A stretch of DNA of 63,836 nt, counting the filler, from Octopus bimaculoides (taxonomy: Eukaryota): the NCBI RefSeq assembly GCF_001194135.2. It is 4 parts of 4 records of this genome, joined end to end, with 100 filler letters (N's around TTAATTAATTAA, not from the genome) between each part and the next. Parts side by side here need not be neighbours in the genome. Positions count along the whole stretch, not along the records: positions 1 to 27,513 come from NC_069003.1; 3 more parts are not named here. One strand, 5' to 3'. A program made the position numbers and the translations under genes. Shown here piece after piece: positions 10,936 through 21,171 of the stretch (positions within the stretch are counted from its first letter, which is position 1; each line of letters begins with the position of its first letter). The notes under the pieces are model-generated. The model saw only the letters and a list, made by a program, of their open reading frames with translations, did no database searches and was not told where the DNA came from.

Positions 10936-12802
10936 GCTGCAATAGTAGAAACAAGTAATTGTGTTGGTAGTTGCAAGTTGTAGTAATAGTAGTAGTAGTT
11001 AATTGTGATGGTAACAGACCAAAGGTGTATGAAACAAGGTTCAGGCTAACCCCAGGGGTACGGCGATACGAGATTGATTCCAGATTAATAGAGGGAGGTA
11101 ACTTGAAATAGGAGGGAAATAGTTACAGCAGTTTAACACCACCACCAGGCACCTTAGATAGCTTTCAGAGGAGACAGCTTTTGCAAGCATCCGTGTCAGA
11201 TCTCGAGTTTGATACTTCCCCCACTTCCATCAACCACGGAAACCCTGTGAAGGATCATGGTATCATAAGCACTGCCCCGTTTCTTTCCCTGACTTCATCA
11301 CAAATGAAAGTTGGTGTTGAATTTCTTGCTTCGCTTTTATGTGGAACACAAGGTTTGGTGGTTGACAAGGTTGAGAGAGGAAGTTTGAAACCCATAAACA
11401 TTTAGGACTCCAGAACAGTCACAGTTGAATGCAACGCACATCTACGTCGAGAGATATAATGCGAGAGTGGTGCTAGGTTTAAGTAATTACTAAACGGGGG
11501 TCTCTCTCTTCAACAACCATAAAGGGCTTCATGTAGACTCCTGTATCCAATGTGTGCAGACGACATCTGTACATAAATTGATGACCCATGAAAAAGTACC
11601 TTTATATGGTCTCTCGAACTGCTAGAAATAGCTACCAGTTATCGTTTAAATCTTTTGTAAAAAAAAAAGTTTAAAAAAAACAACCAAAGATTTATCCGCT
11701 GGGTGGTGGTAAAGAGACGAACGGGCAAAAATCATAAAAGGATTGAATAAAATGCCTTGCGGTATTTCTTATCGAATCCTTCCGCCGCGAGTTTAAAATC
11801 ACACCGCAGTTAAACTAATTTTGCCTGTCGTCCTTCTGTGGTCGACAAAAAGTACGAAATAAAGTCAAGTACTGGGGTCGATATAATCCCTCGCTTGAAT
11901 CGAAATTGTTGCCTTTGAGTCTAAATGGAATAATTATTCGTCCTTTTGAAAAAGGAAAGGATTATCTGAAAATATGAGATGGTCACGGTTGGAAAACTTT
12001 TTAATCCTAGGTCTGATCAGACTAACCGAGGATAAAACAAGAGATACATTCTTTCCAGTACATTTTGAACAGCTCTTGGCGAAGTGGGTATCGAACACGT
12101 TTATTCAATCTATTATAAAAAAAATTTAATAAGTTAAACGTCATGTACTCGAAGTAGACAAGTACGCTACGGATTTTCCGGCAGCTGATGACCCGGTACC
12201 TCTTTTAATCCGGCCATAATTATGTCCAGACACTAATATTTCCTGAGGCAATTATTAGATATGACAGTTTTTAAAAAATTTACTATTGGGCAAAGGTAAA
12301 GAATACATACACCCGGTGTTTAGGGTTACGCCAAAAACGGGTGGTGTGCGTATTATTTACATCCACTTCCTATTATACAGGTCTTCGGGGGTCAGGCTGA
12401 AACATTTTCTCCACACCTAACAAATCTTTCTACTAAAATTTAAAATAAAAACGGCTTTTGAGATAAACTGTAGAAACACGAAAAAAATAATCTCTGTAAT
12501 ATAACTACAGGGGTGTGGGGGACGGAAAGTAAAACTCGCCACACAAATTTGCATTATACCCGCAGTGAATGTATAAGATTATACAGGGTTGTATGTAATG
12601 TAGCTGTGCCAATGAAACTTAATAGACGGGGGATCAGAGTGTTAACTAGACCATACAGCAACAAAATTGACAGAAAACAATAACGCAAAATAAATAAGTT
12701 AAATAAATAAAACATGTTCTTCTAGCTTTGAGAGTTTCCCATGCACTGTGTAATTTCTGGCAACTATATTAACTTATCAATGGCGTAGCCAGAGTTTCGA
12801 AT

Positions 12803-12950
12803 ACTTACTTAACTTACAGCGTTACCCAGAGTCAGATGGCTTTGCTGTTTGCCGACGATTTACGTATGACCTTCGACTGCACGAAACACTAACAACCGCA
12901 AATATGAGTATTTATATTGATGTCTCACGTGTACATGTATCACATGACTT
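12803..12950 (-). promoter_or_regulatory. candidate promoter and first non-coding exon for the minus-strand BTB gene
   Basis: Two tandem GTAAGT donors on the minus strand (GT at 12817 and 12808) follow a CpG-rich ~70 nt stretch. CACGTG (12926-12931) and GTCATGTGA (12948-12940) lie just upstream. Confidence 0.35.
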
Positions 12951-13049
12951 CATCGAACGTGATAGTGAGAGTGGGGAAGAGGACACTGAGAATATATGGA
13001 AGACACCTGAGGTTACGAAACCATTTAATAAGTTCAAATTTTTGCGCAA

Positions 13050-13770
13050 GGCCAGCAATTTCGGGGGAGGGGCAAGTCAATTACATTGACCTAAGTTCTC
13101 AAGTCATACTTATTTTATCGACCCCGAAAGAATGAAAGACAATAATCCTTTCTAATATAGGCACAAGGCCTAAAATTTGTAGGGAGGGGACTAGTCGATT
13201 ACATCGACCCTCAGTTTATCGACCTCTAAAGGATAAAAGGCAAAGTCGACCTCGGCGGAATTTGAACTCAGAACGCTAAGCATTTCGCCCCGTGTGCTAA
13301 CGATTCTGCCAACTCGCCACCCTTATACGAAACCATTAATACTAATGATCGTTCTTAATTATTAAAGTACGCTGCAAGGGTGGTCGTAGATTGATAAGAA
13401 TCGTTGAAGCGTCTCAACGCTCTGAGTTCAAATCCCGCCGAAGTCAACTTTGAATTTTATTCTTTCAGGGGTGGATTGAGAGTCGATTAATTGAAATACC
13501 AGTCAGATGCTGAGAACGATCTAATCGACGAAGCCCACCCCACTCTCCCCTCAAATTACTCAACTTGTAACTAAATCAGAAACCATGGGTACAAGAAGGC
13601 GGTCAGATGGCAGAATCATTAGAGTATCGAAAAAAAAGGTTTCACAATATTTCTTCTGGTTCTGAGTTCAAATCCTGCTAAGGTAAATTTTGTTTTTCAT
13701 CCATAAAATAAAGTACAGATAAAATGAATACTAGAATCAATGGTATCGATTTATCCCATCCTCTCAAAAT
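13050..13770. mobile_element. SINE family A cluster: two minus copies (13050-13322), then two plus copies (13375-13770)
   Basis: Recognisable head, B-box and AAGTACCAG modules in both orientations. Confidence 0.7.
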
Positions 13771-14014
13771 CGCTAAGAAACTAATTTACTGACATGTACG
13801 AGCTCCCATACTTTTCCAAATTTCCCCCTCCCCCAACTTAACACTACGATTTAAATATTAGACATTAACAACAATAAAAGTATTATTGTGGGTGTAGCTC
13901 GGTATTTTCTGTTGCTGCAGGTGTGGAATTTCAGTTTACCATTTTATATTGATTGCATTATGACGACCGTTCCGCATCAATTGGAACCCACAGATTCAGG
14001 TATATTTGGATTAA

Positions 14015-14385
14015 TGTTCTTTTAATTGTTGTAAATCATTGAACTGCGGCCATGCTGGGGCATGGTCTTGAAAAACTTTAGTCAGTAAAATACATTTTTT
14101 AAATACTGGTACATAAATCTGTTCGTCTCTTTTTGCTGAACCGCTATATTTAGGGGACGTTAACAGACCAACATTAGTTGGTTGAAAAATGATGGGAGAC
14201 AAGACACATGTACATATAAAGACAGGATTCTATACAGTTTCCGTCCACCCACCACAAAAATTCACTCACAAAGCATTGGTTAGCCCAGGTAACAATAAAA
14301 GCCCCTTGCCCTATGTTTCATATTGTGGGATAGAACTTGAAATCGCGCGGTTGCAGAGCAAACCTCTTTAGCTACAAAACCAGGC
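14015..14385 (-). mobile_element. SINE family B, near full length, old
   Basis: Reverse complement matches the head, core and tail order of the 41573-42055 copy. Confidence 0.65.
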
Positions 14386-14466
14386 TTGTGTATGTATGCG
14401 TGCAATTTCACTGCCGCTTATGTCACCGACGACCCGAATATGGGACACATTGTACTGAGTGATATG

Positions 14467-14634
14467 CAGGGCCGGCTCAAAATACCACAACTCAGGCAGT
14501 CGCCCCGGGGCGCCATGTACTAGTAGTGGGCGCAAGGAGGACGTGACAAAGACAAGGTAATTTCCACGACCGTCAGCTTGTACAGGACGAAGTTCACCTT
14601 GCCCCGGGCACCAGCAACCATGGGGCCGGCTCTG
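14467..14634. mobile_element. hAT-type MITE, 168 bp
   Basis: TIRs CAGGGCCGGCTC / GGGGCCGGCTCTG (10/12 match). Flanking 8-mers GTGATATG (14459-14466) and GTAACATG (14635-14642) match 6/8, consistent with a decayed 8-bp TSD. Internal GCCCCGGG motifs. Confidence 0.75.
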
Positions 14635-14799
14635 GTAACATGCTACTAGTAGCAGTTAGGAGAGTGGGTTTCGTTGGACATTATGCAGGACAAAGACAAC
14701 ACTTGTCAAGTCAAAGGACGTTTAGACTCGGTAAGATTAATGGCCAACCAACAGCTGCGAGTGACAAACCCCCTAGTCTTCGTTTCGATATTTCTCAAG

Positions 14800-15240
14800 G
14801 AGAAGGATAACGCGAATGTAACACCTGCGACTTTGCATTCAGTGATGTAAACTGGTTCTTTGGGTGGAAGATGACTACGTTGTTCAACGAGTGGGACTGG
14901 TCTTGTGCAAAGTATTGCCTCATTTTAAGGCGTTTCAGGCACGGGCATCGCTTTATCTTGAACATCTTTATTAGGTGTCGCTGGCCGTGATAAAAAAAAA
15001 AACGGCAAAGCATTCAATGAAAATTTCTATGATGGAATGAAGGCTTGTGTTAGCGTGGGTGATAAACGTTCGGAACTTCTACTCTAAGAGGACACCCTCA
15101 TTGCCACATCTGTGGAAAAACACTGTTGAAACCTGGCAGTCATATCCGTGCTACTCATACTTAAGAAAACAATCAGGCGGAGGCATTCCTCTGTATCACA
15201 CCAGAGCTCCATCGGATCGTCAAACATAAAAAGCAATTTT
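14800..15240 (+). mobile_element. highly decayed RTE-like LINE reverse transcriptase fragment
   Basis: ENFYDGMKACVSVGDKRSE and GGGIPLYH resemble the RTE RT segments FHDGMKARV..SEPF and GIPI.YR. Many stops and frameshifts. Confidence 0.4.
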
Positions 15241-15752
15241 AGTGGGGAACGCGCGCGCGCACACACTAACGAAAACGCATAAAATGTATGCAGGAAATGA
15301 ATTCAGGAGTTTGAGGTTGAGAAGCGCTTCCTAGAAGCAGTATACTATCTCTCTATATAGCTCTCTATCTCTGTCTCTATCGCTATCTATCTGTCTGAGT
15401 TTAAATTCCTTGCGGGGTCGTTAAAATAAGTACCAGTCGAGCACTGGAGTCGACGTAATCGACTTACCCCTCCCCCGGAATTGCTGGCCTTGTGCCAAAC
15501 TTTGAAACCAATATGTGTTGGTACCATATTTGTTGGTGAGTAATACATTTCTTTCTGGGATTATCAGCCAAGTATTTTGTGCACCATTTATGATACCCTA
15601 TAATTCACTCACACACATGCACACCCATACATAAGCCCTAATTTCATACGTTCTGAGTAATATAAACTTTGCTAAGTTCCAAGTTACTCTAGTTATTGAA
15701 ACAATAAATGGAAACGTGTATCATATATGATGTATGGAGGCCAGGGAAATAC

Positions 15753-15782
15753 GTCTTGTGTATCACACGTGATACACAAGAC
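15753..15782. promoter_or_regulatory. perfect 14-bp-arm palindrome centred on an E-box
   Basis: GTCTTGTGTATCAC-ac-GTGATACACAAGAC, containing CACGTG at 15766-15771. Confidence 0.45.
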
Positions 15783-17011
15783 AAGCAAATGCCTAAGAGT
15801 TAATTTTTTAACCCTGTAAAGTCTCTTTATTCTCTACAGCTGCTTGGATTTCCATTTCCTTAATGAATTCTCCGTGCGTGTAAAATAAATTTAATGAATA
15901 TAGAATAATGGTAAATATTTTTCCTGTTGTTTGCGTCTAAAAACTTCAGATATTTCTAACCAGTTAAAACGATTTTGACAAAAGAAGAAATTTCATAGGT
16001 CTGGAACTTAGAGTTGGAAGAAATACAGCTAGGAATTTTCCTATGTTTAAACGATTTTTCCAGCTTTCTCTCAACACGATTCTTCCAACCCACCACCTAT
16101 ACTATTTTTCCGACCCACTGCTCTCTTGATTCTGCTAACCCGCCGCCCGTCGCGACTCTCCCAACCCACTGCCCATGCGATTACGATTATGCCAGTCCGT
16201 CACCCTCTGGCCAATTCCACTCTAGACAATATGAATAGTTAAAACCAGCGATAAAACTGTTTCTTCGCTTCCTACTATCATCGGCTGTATTTATTAAAAA
16301 AAAAAATTGTTTTCATAGCATTTATTTTCAAACTTTATTAAAAGTACAAGAATGCTTGGAATAATTATCTCGGTATTTTTGTTCTGAAGCTCTCAACAAC
16401 TGGAAAAAGAAAAAAGTGTGGGTGAGGGAGATTGCTCGCAGAGACGCCGTTTGTTCCTGAACTGAAGGTAGAGGAGGTTGCACTCTTTAATTGAGGAACG
16501 TAATGTTTATTATTATTATTATTATCGTTTATGAAAATAAACAGCAAAAACAAAAAAGCCATAGGGTGCGGGTGAGGCGGTTCTATATGGAATAGTTACA
16601 TTTTAGCGTTGAAAGATATGATTCTATTTTCAAAATTAATGTTATGACAGTCACCTCCAAATCTTTGGTGCTCTTAAACTCGTATGCAACCTCATGAATA
16701 TTTCAGATTACACTTGTGTAACACAATTTTTGTCCTTGGTTAGCAACTGTTATTTATTTGCTTACCTCTAGAAAGTATGAAAAATAGTTAATATTTCCTT
16801 CAAACTTTTACTTTTGTTACATTTATTCAAACCCCACAAAATCCCTCTCAACACCTGTCTATGATACTCCCCGACAACTCCTTCTCATGATCAGAGATGC
16901 ACATATTGTCAGTTTTTAAGGGACAAGCTCAAGTAGTTATGGTCAAGCAACTGACAAGCAAATCTGTGGTATTGAGCAGAATATTTGCTATAACGATATT
17001 ACTGCTTCAAC

Positions 17012-17364
17012 TCAGCACTGAATCTATCTGAAATGTAATGGAAAATAGGTCAGTTTCAAAACCTTGATGTCCAGGTCACAAAAACAAGGTTTGAAGAAAA
17101 TAATAGTTAATTCCTTATATTTTTAGATAGAAGCAAATAGGAAATAGCACTTACTGACCAGAGAAAAAAAATATTGAAGTTTTGTTACACAACGTTATTA
17201 TTAGTGTTACAGGTGCGTATAACATTTTGTTATTGACTTTTTTCTTTTTTGAACAGTGGATCTGTTCAAACCTTGTTTTTGTGACCTGGACATCAAGGTT
17301 ATGAAACTGACCTATTTTCCATTACATTTCAGATAGATTCAGTGCTGATTTTGAACAGTGGATC
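17012..17364. repeat. 84-bp local inverted duplication with a 16-bp direct repeat at the insertion site
   Basis: 17265-17348 is the reverse complement of 17012-17095 with one mismatch. It is flanked by TTTTGAACAGTGGATC at 17247-17262 and 17349-17364. Confidence 0.9.
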
Positions 17365-17509
17365 ATAAATCTATGAGTAGCAGCATGTAAATATTGGGTT
17401 GTAAAAACCCGTTTGCATAGAAGTTGACTACCATGTCTATATGTGGGTTCGAATTCCTGGGCAGCCTCCGACTCTTTTCTAACCAAAAGTTTTTCAATCC
17501 AATGTTTAC

Positions 17510-19140
17510 ATGTTTAGGGCCGTGATCTGGCAGAATCGTTGGCACGCCGGGCAAAATGCTTAATGGCATTCCGCCAAGGTCAACTTTGTGGAGTCGATAA
17601 AATAAGTACCAGTTGAACATTGGAGCCGATCTAATCGACTTACCCCGCTTCCCTGAAACTTGCTGGCTTTGTGATAAAATTTGAAACCATTATTTATAGC
17701 TTTGTACTTCGAGATCCACTTTTCCAAAAAAGAATTTTCACGTACTCCCGAATGTTTGTAAATTCTATTGACGTCAGTTATTATTATTATACTGGTAAGT
17801 AGGGTGAGTCGGCATCTGTGGGGTTCCTTGGGTGGCGATTTCTCCCTATTAATTGCTATTGTTTTTGTCTATACGGTTTTTTGTACCCTCCTGTCTTTTG
17901 TCTTTGCATCGTCCTAAATGTTTTTCGTGGCCTTGTGGACAATAAAGAATTGTTAATACGGTAGTACATCGGGCAAAATGCAAAGCAGCATCTCTTCTGG
18001 CTATTTACGTTCTGGGCGCAAATCCTACCAAGATCAACTTTGCCAAGATCAAGGCGGTGAGCTGGTAGAAACGTTAGCACACCGGGCGAAATGCTTAGCG
18101 GTATTTCGTCTGTCGCTACATTCTGAGTTCAAATTCCGCCGAGGTCGACTTTGCCTTTCATCCTTTCGGGGTCGATAAATTAAGTACCAGTTACGCACTG
18201 GGATCAATGTAATCGACTTAATCCCTTTGTCTGTCCTGGTTTGTCCCCTCTGTTTAGCCCCTTGTGGGCAATAAAGAAATAAGATCAACTTTACCTTTCG
18301 TCCTCCCGGGGGCGACAAAATATGGTACCAGTCATGTAATCGATTAATCTCGCTTTTAAAATTGCTGGCCTTGTGCCGAAATCTGAAACCATTATTAAGG
18401 CAGCAAGCTTGCAGAATCGTTAGCATACCAGTCAAAATGCTAAGTGACATTTCATCCCTCTTTACGTTCTGAGTTCAAATTCCGCCGAGGTCGATTTTAC
18501 TTTTCATCCTTTCGGAGTCGATGAAATAAGTACCAGTTAAACACGGGGCTGGGGGATTCAATTGACTAGCCCCCTCCAAAATTTCATGTCCTGTGCCTAT
18601 AAGAGAATCATGAGAGCACTGGAAAGATAACTTAATGACATTCATTCCAGCTCTTTGTGTTCTGAGTTCATATTCCAACTTACAACAACTTACAAGTCAA
18701 GTAGTACAGCCGAAGGTATCAACTCCTTCACTACAAAACTGCGGGCGTTGTTTCTAAATTGGAAACCGACAGAATCATTATTAGCGCGTTCCAAAAAGCT
18801 TAGCGGTATTTCTTCCGGCTTTAAATTCCGAGTTCGAATGCCGCCGAGGTCAACTTTGCCGTTCATCGTTTCAACGTCAATAAAATAAACACCAGTCAGG
18901 TAATAGAGTCGATGTAATCAACTAACAACCACTCCCTATCATTTACTGGTCGTGTAGCCAAAATTTGAAACCATTATTATTATTGATTTTCCGGCTCTTT
19001 ACGTTCAGAGTTGAAATTCTGTTGAGACCAACTTTACCATTCATCCTTTCGCAATCGATAAAATAAGTATCAGTTGAGCCCTATGGTCGTTGTAATCAAC
19101 TAACCACCTCTCTTTAAAATTATTGGCCTTGTGCCGAAAT
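17510..19140 (+). mobile_element. head-to-tail and nested cluster of at least 6 SINE family A copies
   Basis: All copies are on the plus strand. A young copy (18053-18280) interrupts an older one, with TSD AAGATCAACTTTGCC (18030-18044) / AAGATCAACTTTACC (18281-18295). Confidence 0.85.
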
Positions 19141-19254
19141 TAAGTTATTATACACCTCTCGGGTTAGAAGGATAAAATATTTTTCACGATAATTTTATCA
19201 TTCTTTCTTCTGACTTTTTGTTTCGCTCGTGCTTTATTTCGTTCTTCTGCTCTT

Positions 19255-19860
19255 TCATTCTTTCGTTCGTTCGTCGACACGTTCGTTCGTTCGTTCGTTT
19301 GTTCGTTCGTTCGTTTACACGTTCGTTCGTTCGNNNNNNNNNNNNNNNNNNNNNNNNNNNNNNNNNNNNNNNNNNNNNNNNNNNNNNNNNNNNNNNNNNN
19401 NNNNNNNNNNNNNNNNNNNNNNNNNNNNNNNNNNNNNNNNNNNNNNNNNNNNNNNNNNNNNNNNNNNNNNNNNNNNNNNNNNNNNNNNNNNNNNNNNNNN
19501 NNNNNNNNNNNNNNNNNNNNNNNNNNNNNNNNNNNNNNNNNNNNNNNNNNNNNNNNNNNNNNNNNNNNNNNNNNNNNNNNNNNNNNNNNNNNNNNNNNNN
19601 NNNNNNNNNNNNNNNNNNNNNNNNNNNNNNNNNNNNNNNNNNNNNNNNNNNNNNNNNNNNNNNNNNNNNNNNNNNNNNNNNNNNNNNNNNNNNNNNNNNT
19701 TCGTTCGTTTACACGTTCGTTCGTTCGTTCGTTTGTTCGTTCGTTCGTTCGTTCGTACGTACGTTCGTTCATACGTTCGTTCGTTTACACGTTCGTTCGT
19801 TCGTTCACTCGTTCGTTCGTCCGTTCGATCACTCGTTCACTCGTTTGTTTACTCGTTTGT
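19255..19860. repeat. (TTCG)n microsatellite with interspersed TTTACACG variants, spanning a gap
   Basis: Direct reading on both sides of the N run 19334-19699. Confidence 0.9.
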
Positions 19861-20174
19861 TCTCATTCGTTTTCTTTCGCTTGTTCTTTCTTGCGTCCTC
19901 TTATGTACAAGCACATACTTCAAATTACGGTAAATATTTTAATAAAACATATGTGACCGCATTTAATGAAACCTACCGGGCATAAGTGTAGTGTACATTG
20001 TTATTATACATATTATTTGTTCTAGATAAACATGGTGGTTAGTATAAATTCTTGTTAAAGGTGAAGGCTGGCCACATAGACTGCAACTTGCTCCCCCATC
20101 GCATCTGCCTTCTAGACTGGCCTAAATATTTATTCTGATTAAATAACGGTAGTTTGTAGATATTATTTTTATTC

Positions 20175-20610
20175 AATCTCTCTCGCCGTCTCTCTCTCTC
20201 TCACCGTCTCTCTCTCTCACCGTCTCTCTCTCTCGCTTTCTGTCTCTCTCTCGCTTTCTGTCTCTCTCTCGCTTTCTGTCTCTCTCTCGCTTTCTGTCTC
20301 TCTCTCGCTTTCTGTCTCTCTCTCGCTTTCTGTCTCTCTCTCGCTTTCTGTCTCTCTCTCGCTTTCTGTCTCTCTCTCTCGCTTTCTGTATGTCTCTCTC
20401 GTTTTCTGTATGTCTCTCTCGCTTTCTCTCCATCACTCACTCTTTCTGTCTCTCCATCACTCACTCTTTCTGTCTCTCCATCACTCACTCTTTCTGTCTG
20501 TCTCTCTCTCCATCACTCTTTCTGTCTCTCTTTCTCTCTCGATCTCACTCTCTCTCCCTCTGTGTCCATCTATCTCTCTCTCTGTGTCCATCTCTATCTC
20601 TCTCTCTCTG

Positions 20611-20641
<31 letters not shown>

Positions 20642-20666
20642 GTCCATTTCACTCTCCCTATCGGTC

Positions 20667-20697
<31 letters not shown>

Positions 20698-20765
20698 ATC
20701 GCTTGTTCTCTCTCTCTCCCTCTCTTCGACTCCCTACCTCCCTGTTTCTCCCCCCCTCGCTCCCT
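20175..20765. repeat. polypyrimidine/polypurine tract: (CT)n with an 18-bp higher-order unit TCTGTCTCTCTCTCGCTT repeated about 8-9 times
   Basis: Direct reading; about 400 nt upstream of the plus-strand BTB coding exon. Confidence 0.9.
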
Positions 20766-21171
20766 CCCTGGCATAATAGAAGAAAAAGAAAGCACACCAT
20801 GGCAACAAGAATATATACTGATATGTAAATATTAGCTCAAACGTTGAATTTCTGATGAAGATTTTCTGCACTTGTCATCTGTCGTTTCATCTGAATATTC
20901 TTTTGCTTGTATTGCATGAATACTCCTTGTATTAATGTAGCAGTAAATTATGTTCCTATACATAAAGCAAGCCTTCTCCCACTCTTGCAACATTACCAAT
21001 GCCTTTCTCTACGAAGTTCCCTGGTACTTTTTCTGTTAGTCCACATTTGCAGTGATGAAAAGACTTTCAACTTACCTTCTTTATGAAAATTCCAACATAA
21101 ATCCTACAGCTTCAAAATCTTGGCTGCCCTTTAACCAGTTATTTGCCTTTTTTTTTTCTTTCATTTCTCAG

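Noticed and set aside
11181-11405. 74-aa ORF and possible LINE 3' end at 11000-11600
   Set aside because: No recognisable motif in any frame that I could support.
12185-12220. CTGATGA hammerhead cores at 12185, 20852, 26016, 29044, 54948, 55283 and 58900
   Set aside because: None is followed by a paired stem II and GAAA at a suitable position.
18053-18145. tRNA gene (and other SINE heads)
   Set aside because: A- and B-box-like motifs are present but there is no complete cloverleaf, and each continues into SINE body sequence.
17510-19140. CRISPR-like repeat-spacer array
   Set aside because: The units are long, diverged SINE copies with irregular spacing in a eukaryotic context; no cas genes.
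20799-20824. CACCATGG exon as the start exon of the plus BTB gene
   Set aside because: It ends in phase 2, while the available acceptors need phase 1 or 0; joining gives an early stop.
20173-20835. ERERDRK / SLSLSL ORFs
   Set aside because: Translations of the (CT)n tract in all frames.
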